Source of the DNA: an uncultured Omnitrophica bacterium
GTDB taxonomy: Bacteria; Omnitrophota; Gorgyraeia; JACQQV01
Assembly (NCBI GenBank): GCA_947085655.1
Contig: CAMTXH010000005.1
Location: forward strand, 6,110-70,109
Direction of reading: 5' to 3'
DNA: 64,000 nt
A program made the position numbers and the translations under genes. Position 1 is the stretch's first letter; the number at the start of each line of letters is the position of its first letter. Of this stretch, positions 19,967 to 30,959 are shown in pieces. The notes below the pieces were generated by a model, which saw only the letters and a list, made by a program, of their open reading frames with translations, did not search any database and was not told the DNA's origin.

Positions 19967-20632
19967 ATGGTGTACGATATTGCCAAAGAGGAAACCTGGC
20001 GCGTTTTCCGGATTATGGCGGAATTCGTGGATGGTTTTGAGGAGTTGGCCGACCTTGGGCCGGCCATCACCATCTTCGGGTCCAGCCGGGCAAAACCCAA
20101 TAGCCCCCATTACAAGAAAGCGGAAAAATTGGCACGGCTTCTCGTGAAGAAAGGATATGCCGTCGTCACCGGCGCGGGCCCCGGGATTATGGAGGCGGCG
20201 AATAAGGGAGCCGCACAGGCGGGGGGAGAGTCGATCGGTCTCAATATCGAACTTCCCTCCGAGCAGAAGGCGAACCGGTTCGTCAAAAAGCGGCTCGAAT
20301 TCCGGTACTTTTTCTGCCGGCGGGTGATGTTCGTCAAGTATGCCCACGCTTTTGTGATGTTTCCGGGCGGATACGGGACGCTGGATGAATTTTTCGAAAT
20401 TGTGACGTTGATCCAAACAAAAAAAATCCGCCCCGTTCCGGTCATTCTTTTGGGAAAGGAATACTGGAATACCTTTTTGAAATGGGCGAAGGACGTTTTA
20501 TTGCGGGGAGATTATATCCTGCCGGAAGATCTCCGGATCTTTCAGGTCGCCGAGACCCCCGAAGAAACAATCAAGCTGATTCAGCATTATGCCGGCAGAA
20601 AGTTTTCTTCCAAGCCCGTTTCGGAAAAGTAA
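19967..20632 (+). CDS. LOG family (TIGR00730) nucleotide phosphoribohydrolase
   Basis: GAGPGIMEAANKGA and PGGYGTLDE motifs. Confidence 0.92.
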   Translation: MVYDIAKEETWRVFRIMAEFVDGFEELADLGPAITIFGSSRAKPNSPHYKKAEKLARLLVKKGYAVVTGAGPGIMEAANKGAAQAGGESIGLNIELPSEQKANRFVKKRLEFRYFFCRRVMFVKYAHAFVMFPGGYGTLDEFFEIVTLIQTKKIRPVPVILLGKEYWNTFLKWAKDVLLRGDYILPEDLRIFQVAETPEETIKLIQHYAGRKFSSKPVSEK

Positions 20633-20648
20633 CAAAAAGGAGGGTTGT

Positions 20649-20972
20649 ATGGCTGTATTGGAAGTGACAGACGGCACGTTCCGGAAAGAGGTCCTTGAAT
20701 CCGACAAGCCGGTTGTGGTTGATTTCTGGGCGGCTTGGTGCGGTCCCTGCAAGATGCTTTCGCCGATCGTGGATGAAGTGTCGCAGGGAGAAAAGTCGGT
20801 GAAGTTCTGCAAACTCAACGTGGATGACAATCCGAGCCAGGCGGGAAATTTCCAAATTATGAGCATCCCGACCCTCATCTTCTTTAAAGACGGCAAACCG
20901 GTGGACAAAGTCGTCGGGCTTGTTTCCAAGGACGAATTGGCCAATCGGGTTCAAGGTCTTTTGGCGGAGTGA
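20649..20972 (+). CDS. trxA: Thioredoxin
   Basis: WCGPC active site, SIPTL. Confidence 0.96.
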   Translation: MAVLEVTDGTFRKEVLESDKPVVVDFWAAWCGPCKMLSPIVDEVSQGEKSVKFCKLNVDDNPSQAGNFQIMSIPTLIFFKDGKPVDKVVGLVSKDELANRVQGLLAE

Positions 20973-21574
20973 AAAAAATCGCCGTTTTCTGCTCGGGGCA
21001 GGGAACAAACCTTCAAGCCATTATTCGCGCTATCCAGCGCAAACAATTGAAGGCAACACTTGCGCTGGTTGTTTCAGACCGTCCGAAAGCTCCTGCCTTA
21101 AAGCATGCCGCCCAGGCCGGAGTCGAAGCGGTGGTACTCCGACCGCGGGATTATCCTTCCCGAAAGCAGTATGAAGAAACGCTCCTACGACTCCTCCGGA
21201 GCCGGCGGATTGAGGCGGTTGTCCTTGCCGGATTCATGCGAATTTTAAGCCCCCTTTTTGTCCGGGCCTACCGGAACCGGATTCTGAACATCCATCCCGC
21301 TCTTCTCCCCGCTTTTCCCGGGAATCAAGCGGTGCACGAGGCACTGCAGCATGGCGTACGGGTCACGGGGGTGACGGTCCATTTGGTGGATGAAGGGGTG
21401 GACACAGGTCCCATTGTCCTTCAGGAGGTGGTTTTGGTGAAGCCGAATGATACCGAATCAACGTTGCATGAACGGATCCACGAGGTAGAACACCGGCTTT
21501 ACCCGGAGGCCGTTGGATTATTGCTTAAACAGAAGCTCCGGGTCGTGGGACGGAAGGTTGAAATTCTTCGGTAG
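20969..21574 (+). CDS. purN: Phosphoribosylglycinamide formyltransferase
   Basis: SGQGTNLQA, LAGFMRIL, NIHPALLP, DTGPI. Confidence 0.96.
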   Translation: MKKIAVFCSGQGTNLQAIIRAIQRKQLKATLALVVSDRPKAPALKHAAQAGVEAVVLRPRDYPSRKQYEETLLRLLRSRRIEAVVLAGFMRILSPLFVRAYRNRILNIHPALLPAFPGNQAVHEALQHGVRVTGVTVHLVDEGVDTGPIVLQEVVLVKPNDTESTLHERIHEVEHRLYPEAVGLLLKQKLRVVGRKVEILR

Positions 21575-22459
21575 GAGGAGATCGCCGAGGCGGATTTTTT
21601 TCTTCCGGTAGAGTTCCAAAAGTTTCCGGTCTAAAATCAGGGGTTGCCCTAGAAAAGAAGTTTTAATCTCAACGGTGTCGTAGCCCTCGAACTGATACCC
21701 GCGAAGGACCTTCAGGACCACTTCCAGGACTAATGTCAAAATTCTTTCTTCATCCTCCGGCTTCATCTCACCCCAGAGATCCGTACTCCGCTTCTCCATT
21801 TCCAAAGAGAGCATAAACTTTCCGGAGAGGGGCTGTTCTGCTCTGAAAGAAGGGTAAGACATAAACTCCCCTGCGGCAGACCGCAACTCGATTTTCCCGC
21901 GAAGGCGTTCATCCTCACCGACTCCTGACCGAATCCGGTGAGCCATCTGGCGGGCGAGAAAATCTTCCAGGCGGACCTCCTCAAGGAAAAAATCCTCCCC
22001 CTTTTTGTCCCGGAAGATCCCCAGGCCCAGCCCAAGTTCAAAGAGCCCCCGTTTATCAAACTCCGAGCGGGAAATGTCGTAGTAATGAAGCCGGCGGATA
22101 TCCTGGACATACCGGATCAATTTCAGTTCGATTCCGGGAATCCGGGTATCCTGGGCAACGATGACGTAAAAGTCGGGAGGGTCATTGGTGCTGAGCACCA
22201 CGCGGGAGGTGGAGAGGACCACGCTGTTCAACTGGTTGCCGACGACTTCGGGAGAAAGTTGAAGAGTGGAGTCAAAAAGTTTCTCAAGCGGGACATGGAC
22301 GCCAAGGGTGTTGCCGACCCGCTTGACCGTTACGTCCACACCGTACTCTTTACGGCAGAGTTGAACGAGGGAATCCGAGAGCGTATCGCGGGGATAAGTC
22401 GGGCCGCAGCCACTCACCCACAAAGACAATACAAGGATCCAGAGGGGGACAACTTTCAT
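21518..22459 (-). CDS. Hypothetical lipoprotein
   Basis: Hydrophobic leader with lipobox VSGC; start overlaps the stop of the upstream FtsH-like gene; no family recognised. Confidence 0.75.
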   Translation of the reverse strand: MKVVPLWILVLSLWVSGCGPTYPRDTLSDSLVQLCRKEYGVDVTVKRVGNTLGVHVPLEKLFDSTLQLSPEVVGNQLNSVVLSTSRVVLSTNDPPDFYVIVAQDTRIPGIELKLIRYVQDIRRLHYYDISRSEFDKRGLFELGLGLGIFRDKKGEDFFLEEVRLEDFLARQMAHRIRSGVGEDERLRGKIELRSAAGEFMSYPSFRAEQPLSGKFMLSLEMEKRSTDLWGEMKPEDEERILTLVLEVVLKVLRGYQFEGYDTVEIKTSFLGQPLILDRKLLELYRKKKIRLGDLLLPKNFNLPSHDPELLFKQ

Positions 22460-24132
22460 GAAGGGGAGGCAGGAGGATGGATATCGGTCCGTTTTTTCCC
22501 GTACTCGGCAAAGATCGCATCGATTTCGTCGTATTCCAACTCTTCCTTCTTGAGGAGTTCTTCCGCAAACCGGTCGAGGAGTTTTTCCTCCTTTTTCAAC
22601 AGGACCTCAACCTCTTTCAGGCAGCTTTGGAGGATCCGGTTCGTTTCCATGTTGAGTTCGTATTTGAGGCGGTCCGAAAGCATATCGGCCGTAAGTTCCC
22701 GGCCGAGCTTGAATCCGGAGAGGGAAGCGTAGTCGCCGAGGAAACCGTTTTCTCCCATCCCGTATTGCCAGACCATCTGATTCGCCTTCGCGGTTGCGTT
22801 CCGAAAATCGGCCGCCACCCCGTTGGAAGTGGTTTCGAATTTGAGTTTTTCGGCCACGTAGCCGGCGAGAGACGTTTTGATATCGGCCAGAAGCACATTC
22901 CGGTTTTTGGTGTGCCACTCCTCCCGCGGCTGGTGATGCACGACGCCGAGGGCGCCGCCCCTGGCGATAATGGAGGCCTTGAAGACATCGTCCGTCGGAT
23001 GGATGAGGTACAAAACCACCAGATGCCCGCTTTCATGGTAGGCGGTCATCCGCCGCTCTTCCTCCGTCATATGGACCCGGTGTTTCAACCCCATGTCAAT
23101 CCGCTCGAGGGCTTCACTGACATCTTTGTATTCAATGATCTCTTTTCCCTTCCGGGTGGCGATGAGGGCAGATTCCTTCACGACGTTTTCGATGTCCGCC
23201 GGGCTTTTGTAAACCGCTTTTCGGGCTAAACGGGGGATATTGATGGACGAGTCGTGCTTGACCTTCCCGAAATAATATTCGAAAATCTTCTCCCGTTCAT
23301 CGAGATTGGGAAGGGAGATAAAGATTTTCCGGTCAAACCGGCCGGGTCGAAGGAGAGCAGGATCCAGTATCTCTTCTTCGGCGTTTGAAGCGCCGATGAC
23401 AATGACATTGGCGTCTTTTTCATGAAGGCCGTCCATCTCCACCAGGAGCTGGTTCTGGGTGGTGTTGGTCTCTTGGGCCCCTCCCATGAAACTGAAGGTT
23501 CGCGTCCGCCCGATCGCATCCAACTCGTCGATAAAAAGGATACAGGCCCCATAGCCGTAAGCGTAGGTCCGGGCCGTGTCGAAGAGTTTTCGGACCCGGC
23601 TTGCGCCCACGCCGACAAAGATTTCGTTGAATTCACTCGCCGCCATCGAGATAAAGGGGATTTTTGCTTCGGTCGCAATCGCCTTGGCGAGATACGTTTT
23701 CCCGCATCCCGGCGGCCCGATCAAAAGAAGCCCCCGGACAATCTTTCCGCCGATTTTCTTAAGACGCGCCCGGTCCCGGATGAGCTGCACCACTTCCGTC
23801 GCCTCGATTTTGGCTTCCTCCATTCCGATGACATCACTCCACTTGATGTCCATCAAAGCACCCTTGACGGCACTTTTCCCGACACTGGCAAGCCCTCCGC
23901 GGAAGCCGAAAAGGTACATGAAGACAAAAACGGCAGCACTCACGCCGGCCAGCATCACATGAATCGGGAGAGTTGCCAGGGTCATCTGGCGGTAGAAGGA
24001 CTCAAGGGAGCTTAGGCCCCAGACGGCAAGGATTACCAGGATCGCAATGGTCCCGATGACCAGGATCTTCATGCTGTGGAGCAGCCAGAACATCTTTAAC
24101 CGATGTCCTTTGATGACAATATGTTTTGGCAT
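22456..24132 (-). CDS. FtsH-like AAA+ / M41 zinc metalloprotease
   Basis: Two TM helices, Walker A GPPGCGKT, Walker [25 protein letters not shown] zinc motif. Confidence 0.92.
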   Translation of the reverse strand: MPKHIVIKGHRLKMFWLLHSMKILVIGTIAILVILAVWGLSSLESFYRQMTLATLPIHVMLAGVSAAVFVFMYLFGFRGGLASVGKSAVKGALMDIKWSDVIGMEEAKIEATEVVQLIRDRARLKKIGGKIVRGLLLIGPPGCGKTYLAKAIATEAKIPFISMAASEFNEIFVGVGASRVRKLFDTARTYAYGYGACILFIDELDAIGRTRTFSFMGGAQETNTTQNQLLVEMDGLHEKDANVIVIGASNAEEEILDPALLRPGRFDRKIFISLPNLDEREKIFEYYFGKVKHDSSINIPRLARKAVYKSPADIENVVKESALIATRKGKEIIEYKDVSEALERIDMGLKHRVHMTEEERRMTAYHESGHLVVLYLIHPTDDVFKASIIARGGALGVVHHQPREEWHTKNRNVLLADIKTSLAGYVAEKLKFETTSNGVAADFRNATAKANQMVWQYGMGENGFLGDYASLSGFKLGRELTADMLSDRLKYELNMETNRILQSCLKEVEVLLKKEEKLLDRFAEELLKKEELEYDEIDAIFAEYGKKRTDIHPPASPS

Positions 24133-24182
24133 TTTGGCTTCCTTTTAGAGGAATAACTACAAGAAACTTAAGACGTTAAAAA

Positions 24183-24211
24183 AGTATAGCATAATGGAGG
24201 AAGAAAGTCAA
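24183..24211 (-). promoter_or_regulatory. Promoter of the FtsH-like operon
   Basis: Minus strand TTGACT, 17 bp spacer, TATACT. Confidence 0.65.
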
Positions 24212-24214
24212 TGA

Positions 24215-24368
24215 AGCCCAGACTTACGCCTGCCTGCTGGCAGGCGTAAGTCTGTGGCTGAATTGATCCTGAGGGCAAAGCCCGAAGGATCTTCTTGTGA
24301 AGATCCTGCGCTACGCTCAGGATAAATTCGGACGATGACTTAGCTCGCCTGACGGCTCGCTAAGTCAT
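24215..24368. repeat. Cluster of REP-like palindromes between divergent promoters
   Basis: 16-bp perfect stem 24219-24254; inverted doublet 24261-24328; hairpin 24335-24368. Confidence 0.8.
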
Positions 24369-24375
24369 GTCCTCA

Positions 24376-24404
24376 TTGACAAAATGACCATTTCGTGGTA
24401 AAAT
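24376..24404 (+). promoter_or_regulatory. Sigma70-type promoter
   Basis: TTGACA, 17 bp spacer, TAAAAT with TG extension. Confidence 0.75.
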
Positions 24405-24452
24405 TAATAATAGCGAAAGTAGTAACGTAAGCCCAAACAAGGAGTTGCGTGC

Positions 24453-24935
24453 ATGAAGGGCTCTCCGGCCGTTGCACAGATGGTTCTCCTTGGAATAGCG
24501 CTTGTTATGGGAGGGACGGTCTTTGCAGAACCGCAGTACTCCCTCGAATCAGCGGGCATTTTTTCTCCGCTTGTGAAAGAACCGCTCAACCCGAAAAACT
24601 CACCCTGTCTTTTTACAGAAAACCCCCCTTGGGCATGGACCTCTTTGCCGAAAGAATGGGAACGGCCTTTTCTGAATGAGGAAGCGGTTTCCGAAGAGGC
24701 ATGGCGGCCCCTTTCGGAAGCGGAAATCCGCCAGCGGGAGAAGGAACTTGCGGAACTGGCGGTCAAAATGAGTGCGGAACTGGCCGATTCGCTTTTTCTT
24801 TCCCGATTTTCCGAGAGCATCCTCTGGACAACCGAACGGTTCAGCGCCACCCAACGCCGTCTCGCCGAGCAGTACCGTCTCCACCTCAACCTTTCGGACG
24901 ATAACGCCACACTCACCTATAACATCACATACTGA
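24453..24935 (+). CDS. Hypothetical exported protein
   Basis: RBS aaggag, signal peptide ending VFA; no family recognised. Confidence 0.7.
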   Translation: MKGSPAVAQMVLLGIALVMGGTVFAEPQYSLESAGIFSPLVKEPLNPKNSPCLFTENPPWAWTSLPKEWERPFLNEEAVSEEAWRPLSEAEIRQREKELAELAVKMSAELADSLFLSRFSESILWTTERFSATQRRLAEQYRLHLNLSDDNATLTYNITY

Positions 24936-24939
24936 AGCG

Positions 24940-26358
24940 ATGGCCATCCGATTCGGGACATCCGGCTGGAGAGCCGTCATTGCGGAGGAGTTTACCTTTG
25001 CACGCCTTGCCCTTGTGGTGCAGGCGATTGCCAATACCCTGAAGCAGGACGGGGCGGTTAAACGGGGGGTTGTGGTCGGGTATGACACCCGGTTTCTCTC
25101 GGACGCCTTTGCAAAGGAGGCGGCGGAGGTTCTTGCTTCAAACGGGATCCCGGTTTTGTTATCCAGGCGCGATGTCCCGACGCCCTGCGTTGCGTTCACG
25201 ATTCTCCGCCGGAAAACCCTCGGCGGCATTAACCTGAGTGCCAGTCATAACCCGCCCGAATATGGCGGGATTAAATTCTCTTCATCCTACGGCGGTCCGG
25301 CCGGGATCGAAATCACCCGGCGGATTGAAGAGGAAATTCAGAAACTCCTTCGCAAGAAACACCCATTCAACGGCAGTCAGCATTCAAAACAGATTCATGA
25401 CATTGATCCGGCACCGCCCTACCTGAAACACCTCGCCTTCCTCATCGATTTAAAAACACTCAAGCGCGCGAACCTCCGGCTCATCGTCGACTGCCTCAAC
25501 GGGACAAGCCGTGATTACCTCGACCGATTCCTGAAACCGGTCACCGCCGAGTTGACGGTTTTACGGAATACCCTTGACCCGACCTTTGGCGGCAAGCGAC
25601 CCGATCCGGTCGGAGAAAACCTTTCGGGGCTGATTCGGGAGGTCCGGCGCCGGAGGGCCGATTTGGGATTGGCAACGGATGGCGATGCGGACCGGTTCGG
25701 CATTGTGGATCGAAACGGCCTGTTCATCCCCCCGAACGATGTGATCAGTCTTTTGCTGGAGTATTTGATTGAGACTCGGCCGCGGGCGCCGCTTGTGGCA
25801 CGGACACTTGCCACCACCCACCGGGTCGATGCGATTGCCTCGGCACACGGTCTGGAGGTAGAAGAGACGCCGGTCGGTTTCAAATATATCGGAGAAATTC
25901 TCTCCGGGGGGAAGTGCCTTTTGGGAGCGGAGGAATCGGCCGGACTTTCGATACAACATCATGTTCCGGAAAAAGACGGAATTCTGGCGTGTCTATTGGT
26001 CGCCGAGATGGTCGCCTCCCGGCGGAAGAGTCTCCGGGAAATGATGAGGTCTCTCAACCGGAAGTACGGACCTTTTTATTCGCTCCGCCGCGACCTCGCG
26101 CTTTCACCGGAGTCAAAAAAGCGGTTCCTTTCGCACCTTGCCAAGGAAAAGATCCGGCGTTTCGGACCGTTTCCGGTTTTGCGTCAGGGCCGGATGGACG
26201 GATTCAAATTTTACCTTGAGAAAGAGAACTGGATTCTTCTTCGCCCTTCCGGCACAGAGCCCCTTATCCGTCTTTATATCGAGGGTCGTTCCCAAAAACA
26301 TGTCGCGGAACTCAAGCGGGCCTCGGAGCGCCTCATCCGCCGTCTCTCCTCGTCTTGA
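24940..26358 (+). CDS. Phosphoglucomutase/phosphomannomutase family protein
   Basis: IRFGTSGWR, SASHNP, DGDADR, AEESAG, RPSGTEP. Confidence 0.95.
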   Translation: MAIRFGTSGWRAVIAEEFTFARLALVVQAIANTLKQDGAVKRGVVVGYDTRFLSDAFAKEAAEVLASNGIPVLLSRRDVPTPCVAFTILRRKTLGGINLSASHNPPEYGGIKFSSSYGGPAGIEITRRIEEEIQKLLRKKHPFNGSQHSKQIHDIDPAPPYLKHLAFLIDLKTLKRANLRLIVDCLNGTSRDYLDRFLKPVTAELTVLRNTLDPTFGGKRPDPVGENLSGLIREVRRRRADLGLATDGDADRFGIVDRNGLFIPPNDVISLLLEYLIETRPRAPLVARTLATTHRVDAIASAHGLEVEETPVGFKYIGEILSGGKCLLGAEESAGLSIQHHVPEKDGILACLLVAEMVASRRKSLREMMRSLNRKYGPFYSLRRDLALSPESKKRFLSHLAKEKIRRFGPFPVLRQGRMDGFKFYLEKENWILLRPSGTEPLIRLYIEGRSQKHVAELKRASERLIRRLSSS

Positions 26359-26385
26359 CAAGCTCTGCCAAAGTCGGTATCGTGA

Positions 26386-27938
<1,553 letters not shown>

Positions 27939-27990
27939 GGACGTTTCTACACCTGGCTCTAATCTGTCCCCACTTGCCACTTGGATGTGG

Positions 27991-28743
27991 CTATTTTTTC
28001 TCGAGGAAAGGTTTGATCAGGTCGATCGGGATCGGGAAAAGGGTCGTTGTGTTTTTCTCGGTCGCCACATCCGCCAGCGTCTGAAGGTAGCGCATCTGAA
28101 GGGCCATCGGATGTTCCCCCATCATCTTGGCCGCCTCCACGAGTTTCGCCGCCGCCTGGAATTCCGCTTCCGCCCCGATGATTTTGGCCCGCTTTTCGCG
28201 TTCCGCCTCCGCTTGTTTGGCCATCGCCCGCCGCATCTCTTCCGGAAGGTCCACATGTTTCACCTCTACCGCAGAGACTTTGATTCCCCACGGATCGGTG
28301 TGCTTGTCGATGATTTCCTGGAGTTGGGCGTTGAGTTTGTCCCGCTCGGTGAGAAGGTCATCCAGTTCCGCCTGGCCCAGGACGCTCCGGAGGGTCGTTT
28401 GGGAGATTTGGGAAGTGGCAAAGAGATAATCTTCCACCTCCACTATCGCCTTGTTCGGATCTATGACCCGGAAATAGACGACGGCGTTCACTTTGAGGGA
28501 AACATTATCTTGAGTAATCACATCCTGGGGCGGCACATCCAGTACCAGCGTCCGGAGACTGATCTTCGCCATCTGCTGGATCGGATGAAAGACAAGCACA
28601 AGACCCGGGCCCTTTGGCTGGGGCGAGAGACGCCCGAGCGTGAAGATGACACCCCGCTCATATTCTCTGAGCACCCGGATGCAGCTGATGCCATACAACA
28701 CCAAAAGTAAAAATACACCGACGGGAGAGAATAAATACGGCAT
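27991..28743 (-). CDS. SPFH/slipin (band 7) protein
   Basis: [43 protein letters not shown]. Confidence 0.95.
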   Translation of the reverse strand: MPYLFSPVGVFLLLVLYGISCIRVLREYERGVIFTLGRLSPQPKGPGLVLVFHPIQQMAKISLRTLVLDVPPQDVITQDNVSLKVNAVVYFRVIDPNKAIVEVEDYLFATSQISQTTLRSVLGQAELDDLLTERDKLNAQLQEIIDKHTDPWGIKVSAVEVKHVDLPEEMRRAMAKQAEAEREKRAKIIGAEAEFQAAAKLVEAAKMMGEHPMALQMRYLQTLADVATEKNTTTLFPIPIDLIKPFLEKK

Positions 28744-28753
28744 GGCGTCCTCC

Positions 28754-30121
28754 TTACTTCTTTGTGAGTTCCACTTTTAACTTCAATCCTTTCACCGAGA
28801 CAACCTTGATCTCGGCGCCCCGTGAAATCGGCTTCTCTGCTTCCGCCTGCCACAGTTCCCCGTGAACAAAGACCTGCCCTTTGTGGGCGGGAGCAAGGTT
28901 TGTCTGCGCGATGCCGACCTCGCCAATCAGCCCTTCCGCGCCGGTCAACACCTGGGTTCGGTGTGCCCGGATGACGAGATTCAACAGAAAAAGAACGATG
29001 ACGGCGGTCGCTGTTACCACCGGAATGATCACCTGAAGCGAAACGCGCATGAATTCATAAGGGGTGTCAAAAAGCATCAGAGAACCGAGGGTCAGGGCCA
29101 CGAGCCCCCCAACGGTCAAAAGACCGAAACTGGTCACCTTCACCTCGAAAATGAGAAGAAGGATCCCGAGGCCGATCAGAAAAAGCGCCGCGTAATTCGT
29201 CGGGAGAACCTGCATGGCATAAAGCGCCAGAACAAGGCAGATCGCCCCTCCGATTCCCGGGAATCCGATTCCCGGGTGGGTGAATTCGAAAAGGAGCCCC
29301 AAAAACCCGAAGAGCATCAAAAGGTACGCCACGTTCGGATGCCCGATGACGGATAAGAGTCTCTGTCTTCCGCTCATCGGGAGCATGACCTGTGCGGCAC
29401 CCGCCGTTTTCAAGGTCTTTGAAGTGCCCGGAAGCTGGACCTTTTTCCCGTCGATCTGCTTCAGAAGCGTGTCGAGGTTTTCCGCAACAAGGTCCACCAC
29501 CTTTTCCTTGATTGCTTCATCCTGGGTGATGGAAACGCTTTCTACCACCGCTTTTTTCGCCCAGGATACATTCCGTCCCCTTGTTTTGGCGATATTCTCG
29601 ACCCAGGCAAGGGTATCGTTCATGATTTTATCGGTGAGGGGATTTTCTTCTTCGATGATTTCTCTTTTTTTCCCCGCCGTCTCCTCCTCAATCCGGCGAA
29701 CGAGTTTGCGAAGACCCCCGCCTTCTCCGAGGACGATCGGATGGGCAGCGCCGATATGGGTGGAGGGAGCCATCGCGGCGATATGACCCGCCAGGGTGAT
29801 AAAAACCCCGGCCGAGCCGGCCCGTGCCCCGGGCGGGGCAACATAGACCACGATTGGGACATCGGCATTCATCATCCGTTTCACAAGCATGTGGGTGGAC
29901 TCCAGAAGTCCGCCGGGCGTGTCGAGCTGGATGATGAGGCATTCCGCCCCTTCCTGTTCCGCCTGTTCGATCGCCCGGTTGAGGTATTCATAGGTGGCGG
30001 AGTGGATAATCTGGTTATCCACCGTGGCGATATAGATTTTGGGAGAGTCGGAAAAAGAGGAAGAAGATAAAAAGAATATCGAAAGGAAAATCGCGCAGTA
30101 GCAGAACCATTTTATACGCAT
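28754..30121 (-). CDS. nfeD: NfeD membrane-bound serine protease (long form)
   Basis: [13 protein letters not shown], multi-TM region, C-terminal OB fold [10 protein letters not shown]; paired with slipin. Confidence 0.93.
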   Translation of the reverse strand: MRIKWFCYCAIFLSIFFLSSSSFSDSPKIYIATVDNQIIHSATYEYLNRAIEQAEQEGAECLIIQLDTPGGLLESTHMLVKRMMNADVPIVVYVAPPGARAGSAGVFITLAGHIAAMAPSTHIGAAHPIVLGEGGGLRKLVRRIEEETAGKKREIIEEENPLTDKIMNDTLAWVENIAKTRGRNVSWAKKAVVESVSITQDEAIKEKVVDLVAENLDTLLKQIDGKKVQLPGTSKTLKTAGAAQVMLPMSGRQRLLSVIGHPNVAYLLMLFGFLGLLFEFTHPGIGFPGIGGAICLVLALYAMQVLPTNYAALFLIGLGILLLIFEVKVTSFGLLTVGGLVALTLGSLMLFDTPYEFMRVSLQVIIPVVTATAVIVLFLLNLVIRAHRTQVLTGAEGLIGEVGIAQTNLAPAHKGQVFVHGELWQAEAEKPISRGAEIKVVSVKGLKLKVELTKK

Positions 30122-30173
30122 GGTGTTATGATATCACAGAATGCGTTTCGGGTGAAGGAGGAAATCTTCCCGT

Positions 30174-30202
30174 TTGACAATGAACGGGATGCTAGGTATA
30201 CT
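30174..30202 (+). promoter_or_regulatory. Promoter of tRNA-fMet
   Basis: TTGACA (30174-30179), 17 bp spacer, TATACT (30197-30202). Confidence 0.8.
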
Positions 30203-30212
30203 AAAAAGACAT

Positions 30213-30313
30213 CGCGGGGTGGAGCCCCTCGCGCCTGCAAGAAGGTCGAGGCGCTCGGGATTCCACCTGGAGTTTGGAGAGATTCAAAGAAGCGATTCGA
30301 CGCGGGGTGGAGC
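30213..30313 (+). repeat. 13-bp direct repeat of the tRNA-fMet 5' end enclosing a 75-bp insert
   Basis: cgcggggtggagc at 30213-30225 and 30301-30313. Confidence 0.8.
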
Positions 30314-30661
30314 AGTCTGGTAGCTCGTTGGGCTCAAAGAACACAAGTGGGCTGTTCAGCCGGTAACGGTTGAGCGATTCCTGTCAAATTCGGTGGAGCC
30401 TGTAACAGCCAGTGCTAAGTTGTCAAGGTAATACCGAGCCAAGTCCTGAGCGATGGTGAGAGAGGCCATAAGGCCGAATCGAACCAGAGCCGAAGGAAAG
30501 GTGTAGAGACTAGAGGATAGGCACCCACTACATGGGGTGGGTGAAAGTATAGTCCAGACTACAAACTCTGTTCTCTAAAGGAATAGCGAACGGAGACAGC
30601 GAAAGCTGGAGTAGTACGCATAACCCAAAGGTCCCTGGTTCAAATCCAGGCCCCGCTACCA
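30301..30661 (+). tRNA. Initiator tRNA-Met(CAT), intron-split (exons 30301-30334 and 30619-30661)
   Basis: Joined exons give a 77-nt cloverleaf with unpaired C1:U72, three G-C pairs in the anticodon stem (ttggg-ctCATaa-cccaa) and encoded CCA. Confidence 0.95.
30335..30618 (+). ncRNA. Group I intron (284 nt, no ORF)
   Basis: Follows U33 and ends in G. P aaattcggtgga, Q aataccgagc, R gtagagactaga, S aagtatagtcca. P3 cctgtc/gatagg, P4 ttcggt/accgag, P7 gagacta/tagtcc. P1 has a U.G pair at the splice site. Confidence 0.93.
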
Positions 30662-30666
30662 GTTTC

Positions 30667-30700
30667 AAAAGGCCACGGTGACCCCGTGGCCTTCTTTTTC
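30667..30700 (+). terminator. Intrinsic terminator after tRNA-fMet
   Basis: aaggccacgg-tgacc-ccgtggcctt followed by a T run. Confidence 0.8.
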
Positions 30701-30707
30701 CTGAGCC

Positions 30708-30959
30708 ATGATCCAAAAATTCATCTGTCCAAAATGCGGGAATGTCTCGGAGGTGCCGGTCGAGGGATTTGACGTCGGTACCACAGAACTCGATTGCTCT
30801 TGCGGCGCCTCGATGGTCCCTTCCGGCGGCCTTGAACATGAAGCCGAACTCCCCCCGGGGCGCGACCGGCTTCTTCAAAAAAAGCGCCGCCTGGAGGGCA
30901 TCTGGAAATGGATTGCGCTTCTTCTTTTTTTCGCCAGCGTCATTTATCTTCTCTATTAA
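30708..30959 (+). CDS. Small hypothetical protein, zinc ribbon plus C-terminal TM helix
   Basis: CPKC...CSC followed by a hydrophobic C-terminus. Confidence 0.6.
   Translation: MIQKFICPKCGNVSEVPVEGFDVGTTELDCSCGASMVPSGGLEHEAELPPGRDRLLQKKRRLEGIWKWIALLLFFASVIYLLY

Noticed and set aside
27991-30121. nfeD-slipin pair as a novel system
   Set aside because: A well-known, widespread operon.
30266-30278. cctggagtttgga loosely resembles the antisense of the tRNA-fMet T arm
   Set aside because: Needs a gap and a mismatch over 13 nt; too weak to claim.
30128-30878. ORFs 30128-30373 (+) and 30528-30878 (-) as a possible homing endonuclease
   Set aside because: They overlap the promoter and tRNA exons, show no nuclease motif, and the intron is only 284 nt.
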